Of a stretch of DNA of 64,000 bases, positions 1 to 10,516 are shown piece by piece. The DNA comes from Candidatus Multivoradales bacterium (GTDB taxonomy: Bacteria; Acidobacteriota; Thermoanaerobaculia; Multivoradales; J023), in NCBI GenBank assembly GCA_965248925.1, contig CBDFLE010000006.1:416001-480000 (forward strand), written 5' to 3'. The translations under genes were made by a program, and so were the position numbers. Positions within the stretch are counted from its first letter, which is position 1, and the number at the start of each line of letters is the position of its first letter. The notes below the pieces were generated by a model, which ran no database searches, was not told the DNA's origin, and saw only the letters and a program-made list of their open reading frames with translations.

Positions 1-855
1 CGAGCCGGTGCCACCGAGGCCAATGCAGTGCTCTACTTCGGGGGACAGCCGGTAGCGCAGACCGGTGGGGCTATCGTGACCCACCTGACGGCAGATCACC
101 TCGGGACACCGGTACTAGCTTCTAGCAATGTCGGTGCCTCGGACTGGAGCGGCGGATTCGAGCCCTTCGGCAGTGACTATGCAAATGCCGGAGACGCAGG
201 CGTTTTCCTGCGCTTTCCGGGGCAGTGGGACGATGCGGCGTGGGATGTGGATAGCCCTTTCTTCTTCAATGTTCTCCGGTGGTATCAATCCGGCACCGGC
301 AACTATAGCCGCCCCGACCCGCTAGGTGCTCAAGGTGACTTCCACCCCTACCTCTACGCCACAGCGAACCCTCTCTTCTTCGTTGATCCAACCGGCGAGA
401 AATCTAGAGTCTGTTGCACTCCTATAACACAAGGCCAGTCATTAGCAGCCTTCAAGCATTGCTTCATCCAGACGGAGAAGAAACCTGGAGATCCTTCAGG
501 AGAATCAGAGAGTGTAACCTTTGGACTACAGAGTGTTCGCAGAAAGGGCTGCAAGTTCAAGAATGATTTCTTCGATACCGACAGGGTTGGGAAGAGCAGA
601 ACAGAGTGCGGGCCTTGGAGCGGTGACGACGACTGCGAAACGGACCCCTGTGTTGCTAAGCAATTCGAGAACTATCCAAACCCATCTAACTACCAGCTTC
701 TCCGAGGGCCTAATAGCAATTCTTTTGCAAGCACCGTTGCGGGTGCTTGCGGCCTTACTCCTCCCAGTGTGGCTGGGACCATACAGACACCTGGGTGGGG
801 CAAACAGGGTAGGCCAGCCAAGAACAAGAATTTCAAATGCCCGGAGCATCGATGA
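1..855 (+). CDS. RHS repeat-associated core protein with C-terminal toxin domain (5' partial)
   Basis: DHLGTP...EPFG...LRFPGQW...RWY...G.Y..PDPLG...YLYA.ANPL.FVDPTG core, followed by a ~150 aa Cys-rich variable tail; probably starts before the window. Confidence 0.9.
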   Translation, partial: RAGATEANAVLYFGGQPVAQTGGAIVTHLTADHLGTPVLASSNVGASDWSGGFEPFGSDYANAGDAGVFLRFPGQWDDAAWDVDSPFFFNVLRWYQSGTGNYSRPDPLGAQGDFHPYLYATANPLFFVDPTGEKSRVCCTPITQGQSLAAFKHCFIQTEKKPGDPSGESESVTFGLQSVRRKGCKFKNDFFDTDRVGKSRTECGPWSGDDDCETDPCVAKQFENYPNPSNYQLLRGPNSNSFASTVAGACGLTPPSVAGTIQTPGWGKQGRPAKNKNFKCPEHR

Positions 856-1457
856 AACTTCGAAGTCTCCCAGTCTCCGCAGGTCTCCTGGCAATTCTCA
901 CTGCGGCGACAACATTGGCATGCTTGTCGCCGCCATTTGTTGGTAATTTCAGGCCTTGGCCTGGATCCACTGCATTCGTAAAGGGCCTGCGTTGCCAAAT
1001 GACAGAGGCAGATCTGAGACACTACGCTGAGCAGTTTCCCAAGATACTTCTTCACAAGCCTGACAGCTTGAGGCATGTGTTTTTTGCTGAGAAGGGAGAC
1101 ACGCTCATTCGATTGGGGTTGCAAGACGGCCTTCTACAGACATATCACATATCGTGGACCAGCGGATTTACTAGAAGCTCTTCACGTCTGAAATACGACC
1201 TGTGTAAGCGACGATATTTGGTACACATGTGGCTCGTGAGTTCTAGTGAATACGGCGGCGCGGCCGGGTGGCTAGACGGCGTTCTCCTGGGTCAGCTTAG
1301 CGAATCGGGTGGCTTTGTGCGTGATATTCCCTTGGGGGTTCACGAATTCCGGATCGAGGCGCCGGGAGTTGGTGTTTGGGTGATCGAGCTGCGCTATGAC
1401 AAGGCTAGTCAAGGCCATGATCGGATCCCGATTGAGGTGATGACCAAGCTGGAATAA
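852..1457 (+). CDS. Putative immunity lipoprotein with PEGA-like C-terminus
   Basis: ATGA overlap with the RHS stop; signal peptide ending TLAC (lipobox); W-LDG..LG...IPLGVHEFRIEAPG is PEGA-like. Confidence 0.6.
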   Translation: MKLRSLPVSAGLLAILTAATTLACLSPPFVGNFRPWPGSTAFVKGLRCQMTEADLRHYAEQFPKILLHKPDSLRHVFFAEKGDTLIRLGLQDGLLQTYHISWTSGFTRSSSRLKYDLCKRRYLVHMWLVSSSEYGGAAGWLDGVLLGQLSESGGFVRDIPLGVHEFRIEAPGVGVWVIELRYDKASQGHDRIPIEVMTKLE

Positions 1458-1631
1458 CGACATGGGGCTCCCAGCTTCGGCAATTTTCGGACCAAAAAGC
1501 TGCACCACAGCGCGGCCTACCCGGCGAGCCTCGCGGCCCTGGATCTCGGCGGGTCGCCAGCCTGGTGGTAGCGCATGGCCACAGCGGGGGTGCGGTGTCC
1601 CACTCGACCCAGGTTCTGGCGACGGTGGCGA

Positions 1632-2075
1632 ATGAAGTGGCGCTCACTCTCGGCTGTAGTCTTTCTCTTGCTTGCCTGGGCAGGTTGTGCTTCAGTGAAT
1701 GTCGATCGTCATGATCGAATATTGATTAGTGGAAAAATCCAGGACGAATCTGGTGATCCGCTCAGAGCTGCCAAGTGCTTTTTTGTAGACTCTGGATTGG
1801 ACGATTGGCGCCAGGACGAATTTGAATCCTCCAGCCTGGCTTCCAGTGATCAGCTTGGGCGAGTTCACGTTCTATTCAACTACAGCTGGGGATATGAGTT
1901 GCCGGGCTCACGTCCTCGCGAGTTGCCGGCTGCCGACATTCGGCACTTCTCTATAGTCGTAAGAAAGCCTGGATATCGCCCTTTTCATATCGAATTCGAC
2001 TACAAACAAGTCGAGCGCCTGGACGACGGGTCGATAAGTGCGACTCTGGGAGTCGATACTCTCAAGAGGCTCTAA
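1632..2075 (+). CDS. Lipoprotein, possible orphan immunity protein (carboxypeptidase-regulatory-like beta sandwich)
   Basis: MKWRSLSAVVFLLLAWAGC lipobox; ISGKIQDESGDPL...VRKPGY pattern. Confidence 0.55.
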   Translation: MKWRSLSAVVFLLLAWAGCASVNVDRHDRILISGKIQDESGDPLRAAKCFFVDSGLDDWRQDEFESSSLASSDQLGRVHVLFNYSWGYELPGSRPRELPAADIRHFSIVVRKPGYRPFHIEFDYKQVERLDDGSISATLGVDTLKRL

Positions 2076-2273
2076 GAGCAGATCATTAGTCAGCACTAGC
2101 CACGGCATGGCCTAGCCAGCCAGCCTCGCGGCCTGGGACCCTATGTACGCCTCCGCCCGCCGCTGGACATCCTCGGCCACCAGCTCGGCGCGCCCGACGA
2201 CCACCAGCTGGCCGACGTTTCCACGGTCGACTAGGTCGACGACCGTGGCCTCGGGATGGCGACCGCCGTTCGC

Positions 2274-3762
2274 GGGGTTCCGACAGCAACGGTGCAGAAT
2301 CCAACGCAAAGCGCCCCTAGATTCCGGCCTTCGACAACCATCGGAACGAAAAACTACCCTAAGGCGACGGCCCCGTAGTCTTCTTCCGGGTTCCGCAGTG
2401 GTCGGAGCTGGCCCCTGGCCACGGTCGCCCACCACGACCCCCGACTACTGCGTGAACTCCCAGAGGGTGGAGTTGCAGCGACCCGTCTCATTGAACCGCA
2501 GACGCAGCTCCGGTCCTCCGCCCCGGCTGTTCGGGGGAAGGCGGTAGAAGGTGTAGACGGCATCGGAGTAGCCTGTGCTGCACGGGACGGAGGGGCGGCT
2601 ACTGCCCTGGTAGTCGAGAGTCTGCTGGTCGATGCAGTGGGCGGGCTCGCCGAGGGCGCGGAGCAGCTCTGCGCGGCCGGCGCCGACGAACAGGGTGATG
2701 TCCAAAGCGCGAAGGTCAGCGTCGGCAACCTGCTGGCCGGCCGCGACCCGGTCCAGAGTCTGTCGCAGCGTTCTCAGCAGCTCGGCCCGCGGTGCCGTCT
2801 GGTCCGGCGCGTCGAGCAACGTCAGCTCCAGGTGAAGCTGGTAGCCGCGCTCTCCGAGCAACGGCGTCGCTCGGGCCTCGACTTCCAGTTTCGGATGGCG
2901 CGGCACCGGAGGAATCCCGTAGGGCATCTGGCTGAGGGAAACCCGGCGGCGGTCCGAGCCGTCGGTGATCATGTCAGTCGGCTCGATCCTGTCGGGGTCC
3001 TTCAGGATCCGCTCCTGCGCGATCTCGGCCCACCGGGGGTCATCGGGATCCATCAGGAACGATATCGGGTACATCCCTTCGCTGTGCACTTCCGGCAGGT
3101 AGAAGTAGAACGTCCACCGTCGCATCGGAGCGTGGAGTGCGAAGGTCTGCGGGTCCGGTACGCGACGTTCGGTGAACTCGATCCGCCCCTCCGGGTCGGT
3201 GAAGATCACCCTGCTCGCCGGATCGAGCCAGAGCGATCGGGTGCTGGCCAGGATGGGGTAGCCGGCGAGGGGCTCTCCCGAGGCGGATCGCAGCACGACC
3301 GTGCAGCGCAGCGTCGCATCCTTTCCGAGTTCGCCGAGTGAGACGCAACCGAGGCAGACGGTCAGCCCCAGGAACAGAGAGGTCAGCTTCGTAGGCCGTT
3401 TCACCATTTCATCTTCCCCCGGTTTCCGGGCTCACTCGACCTGGAGCGAGTTGCAATCGTGGCGGGCTCTCCTTGGAGTAAAGACTCGCACCGCTGCGGC
3501 TCGATCCCCAACCGGCGCTCGATGTCGTCGCGCAGGCGCCGAATCTCCCCGCCCTTGGGTTCAGTCTCGCTTACGGCCTGTTCGGCGTCAGCCTCATCCA
3601 TAAATGGACCTGTCCGATTTAGTGGGTTCGTTCAAAACAGCTCTCTACTACCAGGAAACACCAGCGTCTCGCATGACAAGGAAGTGTTGATTGTGATCCA
3701 CCGATCATATCGGATGCCGGGGTCTCTGACGTTGGATTCTGCACCGTTGTTGTCGGGACCCC
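2274..3762. mobile_element. Non-autonomous cassette bounded by Tn3-family-like inverted repeats
   Basis: 2273-2306 matches the reverse complement of 3730-3763 at 32/34; the left 38-mer reads GGGG...ACGCAAAG, like Tn3-type 38-bp IRs; no transposase inside and no 5-bp TSD seen. Confidence 0.55.
2445..3407 (-). CDS. Hypothetical lipoprotein
   Basis: 320 aa ORF with N-terminal hydrophobic stretch and CLGC lipobox. Confidence 0.65.
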   Translation of the reverse strand: MVKRPTKLTSLFLGLTVCLGCVSLGELGKDATLRCTVVLRSASGEPLAGYPILASTRSLWLDPASRVIFTDPEGRIEFTERRVPDPQTFALHAPMRRWTFYFYLPEVHSEGMYPISFLMDPDDPRWAEIAQERILKDPDRIEPTDMITDGSDRRRVSLSQMPYGIPPVPRHPKLEVEARATPLLGERGYQLHLELTLLDAPDQTAPRAELLRTLRQTLDRVAAGQQVADADLRALDITLFVGAGRAELLRALGEPAHCIDQQTLDYQGSSRPSVPCSTGYSDAVYTFYRLPPNSRGGGPELRLRFNETGRCNSTLWEFTQ

Positions 3763-4429
3763 GACTTGTGGGGGAGCGGCGAACGCCACGGCCGATGCGC
3801 TGGAGAATGCGACAAGCATACCCCTAGAAGCCTGTGGCCCGACTTTGCTTGGAGCATTGATCAGATCTCCCCTTCACGAAAGCTCTTGGCAATATTCTCT
3901 AGCTGCACGACATCTTACCTTGGAGCAGACGGCCCGGCTAATAGCTGAGCCGATTCCATACCTCAACTGCGTTCAAGCGGCGCAAAAACCTAGGATCGTT
4001 GCCATGACTCAGTCGACAAACGTCGATGAACCCGGCACCGTTCCGAATCCCTCCCCTGACTGGCGTCTCCCAGACTGCCTATTCCGACGAAACCGACCAG
4101 CCATTCCGATCGAATCTGACCACTTGTCGGAGCGAAGCGACGCTGGCGCTCTCCTCAGTTGTAGGTGTCCACTTTCGCTGTAGCTTGAGGCCTCCTTCCG
4201 GCTCTTCTTCTTGATTGATTGTATTCAAATAGCCCGTCGTCGGGGCTGTGCGTAGCTGTGGGAAACGCGAGTGGGGGGCCGGGGGGCGTTTTCCAAGCGG
4301 TTGTGGGAATCGCAGAGCGATTCCCACAACCGCGGCAGCTTCCACAGTCCATCTTGGGTCGGGTCCGGATCGGGCCGCAGGCCCGCTGATGGGTCAGGAT
4401 CGGCGGTCGCTTCAACATGCTCTTGGATC

Positions 4430-5190
4430 TCACCTCGCCTCTCGGTGGGCGGCCTTGCGGGTACCGCCGGCTCTTTTCGCTCGCATGGAGTCACCGTCCA
4501 CCCCGAGCTTGTAGGCACCGTGGACAATGCGATCGAGAATGGCGTCGGCCAAGGTCGGATCGCCGATGACCTCGTACCAGCTCTCGACGGGTAGCTGCGA
4601 GGTCACTAGCGTCGAACGGTTCCCGTAGCGGTCCTCGAGAATCTCGAGCAGGTCGCGTCGCTCACTGGCCACGATCGGCGCCAATCCCCAGTCATCGAGA
4701 ATGAGCAAATCGGTGCGAGCGTAGCTCTTGAGCAGCTTCTCGTAGCTACCATCACCCCGCGCGATGGCGAGCTGGCGAGACAGCCTCGGCACCCGCAGGT
4801 ACAATGCGGTGTAACCCTCCCGACACGCTTTGTGGGCGAGGGCACAGGCCAGGAAGGTCTTGCCTACTCCGGCCTTGCCGGTGATCAGCACGTTGAGGTG
4901 ATCGGCGATCCACCGGCACGAGGCCAAACGAAGGATTTGGCCTTTATCCAGACCCCTCTTGGCCCGCCAGTCGATGTCTTCGATGGCCGCCTGCTCGCGC
5001 AGCTTGGCTTTGCGCAACCGCGCTATCAGGCGGCGGCTGGATCGCTCGGTCGCCTCGCGCGCGACCAAGAGCCCGAGGCGCTCTTCGAAGGAGAGTTCTG
5101 AAACATCGACCATCGACAGCTGCTCCTCGAAAGCCTTGGCCATACCGTGGAGCTTGAGCGCGGCGAGTTGATCGAGCGTCGCGTGCAACG
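4430..5190 (-). CDS. istB: IS21 helper ATPase IstB (native start apparently lost in a deletion)
   Basis: GKAGVGKT Walker A, LLILDDWG Walker [21 protein letters not shown] motifs. Confidence 0.88.
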
Positions 5191-6189
5191 CGTACCTTCT
5201 TCCATTCGGAAAGCTCGTAGGACTGGCGCGGCAAAGCACCAAGAGCAGGACGATCGACCTGCTCGAACAGCACCCGCCGCGATACTCCCAACACCTTCAG
5301 CGACCGATCGTTGAGCTCGATGAGCAGCTTCGCGATGTTCTCGTTGAGCTCTCGCAGGCTGAAGAACTGCTGGTTACGCAGCCGGGCCAGAATCCAGCGC
5401 TCCACTTGCAATACACCATTTTCGACCCTCGCCTTGTCTTGGGGCTTCCTCACCCGCGCCGGCACCACCGCCACGCCGTAGTGCTCGGCCAACTCCGCGT
5501 AGGTGCGATTGATCTCCGGCTCGTAGCGGCACGGGCTGGTCACGCCGCTCTTCAGATTGTCCGGCACCACCAGCTCGCTCACCCCGCCCAGAGCCGCGAA
5601 GGTCCGCACATGAGAGCCGATCCTCCAGACCCTGGCTCCACGTTGCTTCGGCAAAGGTGAAGTTGCTCGCCCCCAGCACCGCCACGAAGATCTGCGCTTC
5701 GCGCGTCTTGCCACTCGCCGGGTCAACCACCCTCACCGTCTGCCCGGCGTAGTCGACGAACAGCTTCTCGCCCGCCCGGTAGTCTTGGCGCAGGCACACG
5801 TCCAGACGCCCTTCCCAGATCCGGTACAGCTGACAGAAGCGGCTGAGACCGTAGCCATCGGGATGGTCCTCCCGGTACTCCTGCCATAGCAGCGACAAGG
5901 TCACCCCCTTCTTCTTCAGCTCGCCATGCACTTTGGTCCAGTCGGGCAAGGCTCGCTGACCACCCTTCGGCCGCGGCCGAGGGTACAGGCGCTGCTCCAG
6001 CTCAGCGTCGGTCAAAGCTGCTACTTGTTCCCAGCTCAGGCCTTCAACCTTGGCTCGCAGCAGGTAGTTGCACACCGTCCCGTGGCCCAGCCGAACCGAC
6101 CGTCCGATCTGGCGGTGCGACAAATCATGCTGCCATTTCAGTCTCAGAACCTCGCGTATCTTGCGCATCGATGTCCTCACTCTCGGCAT
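5180..6189 (-). pseudogene. istA: IS21 transposase IstA, frameshifted near 5620 and C-terminally deleted
   Basis: MRKIREVLRL...KLFVDYAG in one frame, then VPDNLKSGV...KARVENGV in another; ends at WKKVRV, fused to istB. Confidence 0.88.
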
Positions 6190-6309
6190 CCAACCCTCCT
6201 TCCAAGGAGGCTGGGATACCCCAATTGTGAGGATCACGCCAGCGTCGAACTCCGCCGTGGCCAGGATTCCGATCCAATCTGACCGCACATTCCGATCGAC
6301 TCGGAAAAG

Positions 6310-6395
6310 TGGTCACTTTCAATCGGAATCGGTGGTCAGATTCCGTTGGAATCACTGGTCACTTTCAATCGGAATCGGTGGTCGGATTCCGTCGG
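6310..6395. repeat. IS21 subterminal tandem repeats (46-bp unit, ~2 copies)
   Basis: tggtcactttcaatcggaatcggtggtc(a/g)gattccgt at 6310 and 6356. Confidence 0.85.
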
Positions 6396-6599
6396 TGCAG
6401 GCAACCACTCCACACGCCCTCTTGGGTCCAACCGCACTGCATGGCAGGACAAGTGGAAAAAGTCCGCAAGATCGGAAAAAGCATTTGCTCTCCTATCCTC
6501 TTAGGATTCTCGAAACAGAGAAGAGTGCCAACGCTGACACTCTCACAACCAAGCTGGTGCCCGCACATGGCTTAGATCAATCTCATAGGAGAGTTACAG

Positions 6600-7406
6600 A
6601 TGCGTAAGGTTTCGTTGGCCATCCTGGCCGCCCTCGTTCTCATCGCCCTGCCCGCCGCGGCAGCTGATATTCACATTCAGAGTGGCATCGACGTCTGGTG
6701 GACTCCAGACGACGGCTCGACCCGCGCCGACTTCAAGGACCAGCCCATTCCCGCTGGCTTCTTCTGCGCCGACTCAGCTCCATTCTATGGCACCATCGCT
6801 TTTGAAGGCACGCCTGTAGCTACCAGCCCGGAAGGGATTCTGGCCGGCGCCGACACCGTCCTCTATCGTCTCGACGATGTCATTCTAAGTGAGAAAGGTA
6901 GCGCCATCACGCGGGTCCAGGTCGCTGCCCTCTCCCTGCGCAGCGTTAACCCGGTGGTAACGCGCTGCGGCAGCTTCGATGTAAGCGCCACTTTGGCCGG
7001 CGAGCAGCCGATCACCGAGATGGAGATTGTTCGCGAGAGCAATGAGGGTGGCAGCTTCGCCGCACCTCTATCACTCAACGTGCGCCTCACCTTCACCTCG
7101 ACCGACAAGCGCGAGCGCGCGTCGCGCCAGCTGGTGCAGAGCATCGAACTCGACGCAGCCCCGAATAGTCGCTGGGTGAGTTCTCTCGGCAACCAAACCC
7201 GTGCCGCAGCGGGCTATGTCACCGTCGATAGCGATGGCGACGGTCAGCCTGAAACCCTGTTGCCGGGCACTTCGCCCTCTTTCTTCGCCGATGCACAGAC
7301 CGACGATACCCGCCTCCAGGAGACCCAGTGGATTTGTCACTATCAGTCCGCAGGCGGGCATCAACACTGCTACGAATCGTGTGGCACCAGCGAGTTGTGC
7401 CCATAA
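6600..7406 (+). CDS. Secreted hypothetical protein with His/Cys-rich C-terminal tip
   Basis: AGGAG RBS; signal peptide (ALPAAAA); tail CHYQSAGGHQHCYESCGTSELCP. Confidence 0.85.
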   Translation: MRKVSLAILAALVLIALPAAAADIHIQSGIDVWWTPDDGSTRADFKDQPIPAGFFCADSAPFYGTIAFEGTPVATSPEGILAGADTVLYRLDDVILSEKGSAITRVQVAALSLRSVNPVVTRCGSFDVSATLAGEQPITEMEIVRESNEGGSFAAPLSLNVRLTFTSTDKRERASRQLVQSIELDAAPNSRWVSSLGNQTRAAAGYVTVDSDGDGQPETLLPGTSPSFFADAQTDDTRLQETQWICHYQSAGGHQHCYESCGTSELCP

Positions 7407-7440
7407 GCAACACCGAGCCTTTTTCTAAGAGCTGCAACAG

Positions 7441-7478
7441 AAAAAAGCTGGCGCCGCCGACCGCGCCGGCCTTTTTCT
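7441..7478. terminator. Probable intrinsic terminator
   Basis: A-tract, imperfect GC hairpin (gctggcgc...gcgccggc), then T-tract right after the CDS. Confidence 0.55.
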
Positions 7479-7800
7479 GTTGCGACCCATTGTCTCTTCC
7501 GCACCGGTTGTAGGAACGCCGCTAGCTGCTCGGTCCGCACAAAATAGCAAGATCGAAGAAAGCCTGCTCTCCTCAACTTGCAGTGGCTGACTTCAGCCGA
7601 CAAAGGCCCGGGAAAGCCCTGTATGACAGTGCCAACGGAGCATGAACCTCTCTCAGCTTCTTGCACGCACGCCTGAGCCCCTGTCCCAATCGCCGCCGGC
7701 CCTGTGGGAGGGGCGGTATGCCGGAGCAGGGCGGGGGCTTCCGGCTTGCCGAGCCTTCCATGGGGCATCTGCGAGGCCCCGAACTACCCACTGCAATTTG

Positions 7801-8139
7801 AGGAGAGACCTTAATGTGCGTCTGACTTTCACCTCGACCGACCGACGCCAACGCCAGTCCTTGCAACTGGTACAAAGCATCGAACTCGACGCTGCGCCCA
7901 ACAGCCGGTGGCTGAGCGAGATCTCAGGGCGGACCCGCGCAGCCGCAGGCTATGTCACCGTCGATAGCAACGGTGATGGCCAGCCAAACGCTCTGCTGCC
8001 GGGCACCTCGCCAAGCTTCTTCGCCGATTCGCAAACCGGCTCCACCAGCTCCAGTGAATCCATCACTTGCCACGCTGGTAGCGGCCACCTGCACTGCTAC
8101 TACGACTGTGGGGCCCCTCCAGGCGGATATTGCCCCTGA
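7801..8139 (+). pseudogene. 5'-deleted paralog of 6600..7406 with a different C-terminal tip
   Basis: LNVRLTFTSTD...QLVQSIELDAAPNSRW...LLPGTSPSFFAD is nearly identical to the upstream gene; RBS AGGAG at 7801 abuts mid-gene sequence; in-frame GTG at 7816. Confidence 0.75.
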
Positions 8140-8279
8140 GAAGTTCAGAACTCTGTTCTTGACCTACTGACCTGAGATGGCCGGTGCATGCAGCGCCGGT
8201 CAGCGTGCGTTTCAGCCCCAGGTAGCTTGGGTGGGGCTGTCGCTGCTCACCATTGGCAGCGGTCGCTATACTGCCCGCC

Positions 8280-9009
8280 ATGCCGCAGAAGTCCCCAGCC
8301 ACCACGCCTTTCGACCTCCCACCAGAAGAGTTCCAACGCCTGAGCCATTGGGATCTGGCTGCACATCGATGGCGCCTACGGTGCGCCAGCCGCGGCCACC
8401 GACGACTACGCCTTCCTGCGCCCAGCCTTCGCGGTGGCCGATTCGCTGTCGCTGGACCCGCACAAATGGCTCTTCGCTCCCTTCGATGTCGGCTGCATCC
8501 TGGTGCGCGATCCGCAAGCTACCCGCCGCGCCTTTGGCCGCAGCAGTGAGTACATCGCGGTGACCCAAACCGAGCGGCGCGAGAACTTCGCCTTTTTCGA
8601 TCACGGCCCCGAGCTGTCGCGCCGTTTCCGCGCCCTCAAAGTGTGGGCCATTCTCAAAATACGCGGCCGCGACCAATTGGCGGCTGAAATCGGGCGCCAG
8701 ATTGAGCTGCGCCGCCAGATCGATCGGCGGGTTGTGGCCGAGTCGGACCTCGAATTGCTGGGTTCCGGCCTCAGCATTAGCTGTTTTCGCTTCCACCCCG
8801 CGGCGATCGACGATGACCAACAGCTCGACCGGCTCAATCGCCAGACCCTCGAGGCGGTGGTCGACGAAGGGCAGTTCTTCCTTTCGCCAACCACCCTCGA
8901 AGGGCGCTACAGCTTACGCATCTGTATCGTTAACTTTCGCACCCAAATTACCGACCTGAATCGGCTTATCGACCGCGTGCTCACCCGCGGCCGAGCGCTC
9001 GCAACCTAG
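8280..9009 (+). pseudogene. PLP-dependent group II (aromatic amino acid-type) decarboxylase with large internal deletion
   Basis: N-terminal PFDLPPEEFQRL joined out of frame to WLHIDGAYG...ADSLSLDPHKWL...ELSRRFRALKVW. Confidence 0.8.
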
Positions 9010-9076
9010 CCGGCAATCAAGCACGGCGACCTGGCGGCGCTTAGCCAGGCGCCATTCGCTCAACGGCCCTCGTGGC

Positions 9077-10516
9077 TCATTGCTGGCAGGATGGCGTGGT
9101 GTACTCGAAGTCCAAACGCCAGTCCTCGAGCGTGCCGACCGAGCCGGTGAACGGATCCTCCACCCGCAAGGTCCAGGTACCGTGGATACCCTTGCCCAGG
9201 AAGTCGTTGGTGACGGTGTAGAACTGCGAGAAGCAGCCCGAGCACAGCTGATCTTCGGTGCCATCCGGGGCCACCAGGTAGACCCGCAGCTGGGACAGGC
9301 TGGGGTGACTCAAGCTGACATACACGCCGGTGACCGTGATGGTGCCGAAGCCCGACACGAATACGTCTGACTCGACTCCCGCCGGATCACCGTCCGGGAT
9401 GGCGAGCGGCGTATCGGTTGCCGGCCACTGCTGGAAGTTGGTGCAGGTGGCATCTTCGTAAGCACCGATGTCTATCTGCCCGCACCACTTGCGGCAGCTA
9501 TCGTCGAGGTCGTTCTCGCCCCCGAAAGCAATGAAGTTGGGATCGCCGTTGTTGATCGCTGGCGACGGCGGAAAAACATTGACGTTCGGCCGGTAGTCAC
9601 CCGCGGCCGGGTTGGTGAACTGCGGGTCGAAGGACGTGCTACCGGTGCCGCCGAGGCTGGGCAGCACATCGGCCGGCACGATGCTGTAGTTGGCGTCCAC
9701 CAGCCCGCTGTTGTTGATCACCTCGTTCTGCGCCGGCAGGTTGCCCCAGACGATCGAGCTGCGGATGTCGAGAGCAGTGTTGATCTGGTTGACGGTGATC
9801 GCGCCGAGGAAGTTGCCGCCGGCAACGTTGGCACTGACCGTGCTGTTGCGCAGCAGCATGCTGCCGCCACCGCTGAGGTGGATGGCCGAGCCGATGTCGG
9901 CGATGTTGTTGACCAGCAGCGAGTTGATGATCGAGTCCGAGCTGCTGAAGCTCGAGTAGGCGCCACCGGCACTGTTGAAACCGACCGCCTCGTTGCCCTC
10001 GAAGATGCACTGGTCAAAGACCGCGGCTGAGTTGCTGCTGTAGACCGCGCCACCCTGGGCCGCCGGCGGGTTCGACGAGCTGGTCTCGCCGTTGATGAAC
10101 TTGAAGCCCCGGATCAAACTGGCGGTGACCGCCAAGTTGAGCGCCCGCCCTGATTCTTCCGCATCGATCACGCAGGAGCCTGGAGCACCCTTACACTCGA
10201 GGATGATGGACTTGCCGGCGATTAGTAGATTGGCGTTGTTGTTACCTTTGTAGACCCCGGCGTTGACCAGGATCTTGTCACCGTTCACCGCCGCGTTGAT
10301 AGCCGGTTGGATCTTCTTGTACTGGCACGGAACCCTTAGCAGACCAGGGACTGGTTTGCACCTCGGTTTGATCAAGATCGAGATGAACTTGCCGTCCGCA
10401 TCAGCGGCGTCGCCTTGAGCCAGGGCAGGGCTCGCCGCCCAAGTAGCGGCGAGCAAGGCAAGAACAGTGAATGAGGGAAGAAATCTAGCAGCACAAGGAC
10501 TAATAACAATCTCCAT
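9077..10516 (-). CDS. Secreted parallel beta-helix protein with C-terminal proprotein-convertase P-domain
   Basis: Signal peptide; IQPAINAA, GGAVY/GGAY repeats, SPAINNG...IDIGAYE; LRVYLVAPDGT...GTWTLRVED P-domain. Confidence 0.85.
   Translation of the reverse strand: MEIVISPCAARFLPSFTVLALLAATWAASPALAQGDAADADGKFISILIKPRCKPVPGLLRVPCQYKKIQPAINAAVNGDKILVNAGVYKGNNNANLLIAGKSIILECKGAPGSCVIDAEESGRALNLAVTASLIRGFKFINGETSSSNPPAAQGGAVYSSNSAAVFDQCIFEGNEAVGFNSAGGAYSSFSSSDSIINSLLVNNIADIGSAIHLSGGGSMLLRNSTVSANVAGGNFLGAITVNQINTALDIRSSIVWGNLPAQNEVINNSGLVDANYSIVPADVLPSLGGTGSTSFDPQFTNPAAGDYRPNVNVFPPSPAINNGDPNFIAFGGENDLDDSCRKWCGQIDIGAYEDATCTNFQQWPATDTPLAIPDGDPAGVESDVFVSGFGTITVTGVYVSLSHPSLSQLRVYLVAPDGTEDQLCSGCFSQFYTVTNDFLGKGIHGTWTLRVEDPFTGSVGTLEDWRLDFEYTTPSCQQ

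Larger units (their letters stand above)
4076..6403 (-). mobile_element. IS21-family insertion sequence (defective)
   Basis: TG...CA ends with imperfect IRs (TGCCT..CCGACG..CCGACCA..ATTCCGAT.GAA..TGACCA), multiple subterminal repeats, istA/istB homologues. Confidence 0.9.

Noticed and set aside
6260-6403. Repeats that superficially resemble a CRISPR array
   Set aside because: No unique spacers and no cas genes; they match the other IS21 end, so they are transposase-binding repeats
7075-8139. Duplicated 3' gene segment as a DGR template/variable repeat pair
   Set aside because: Differences are not adenine-specific, include indels and synonymous changes, and no reverse transcriptase is in the window
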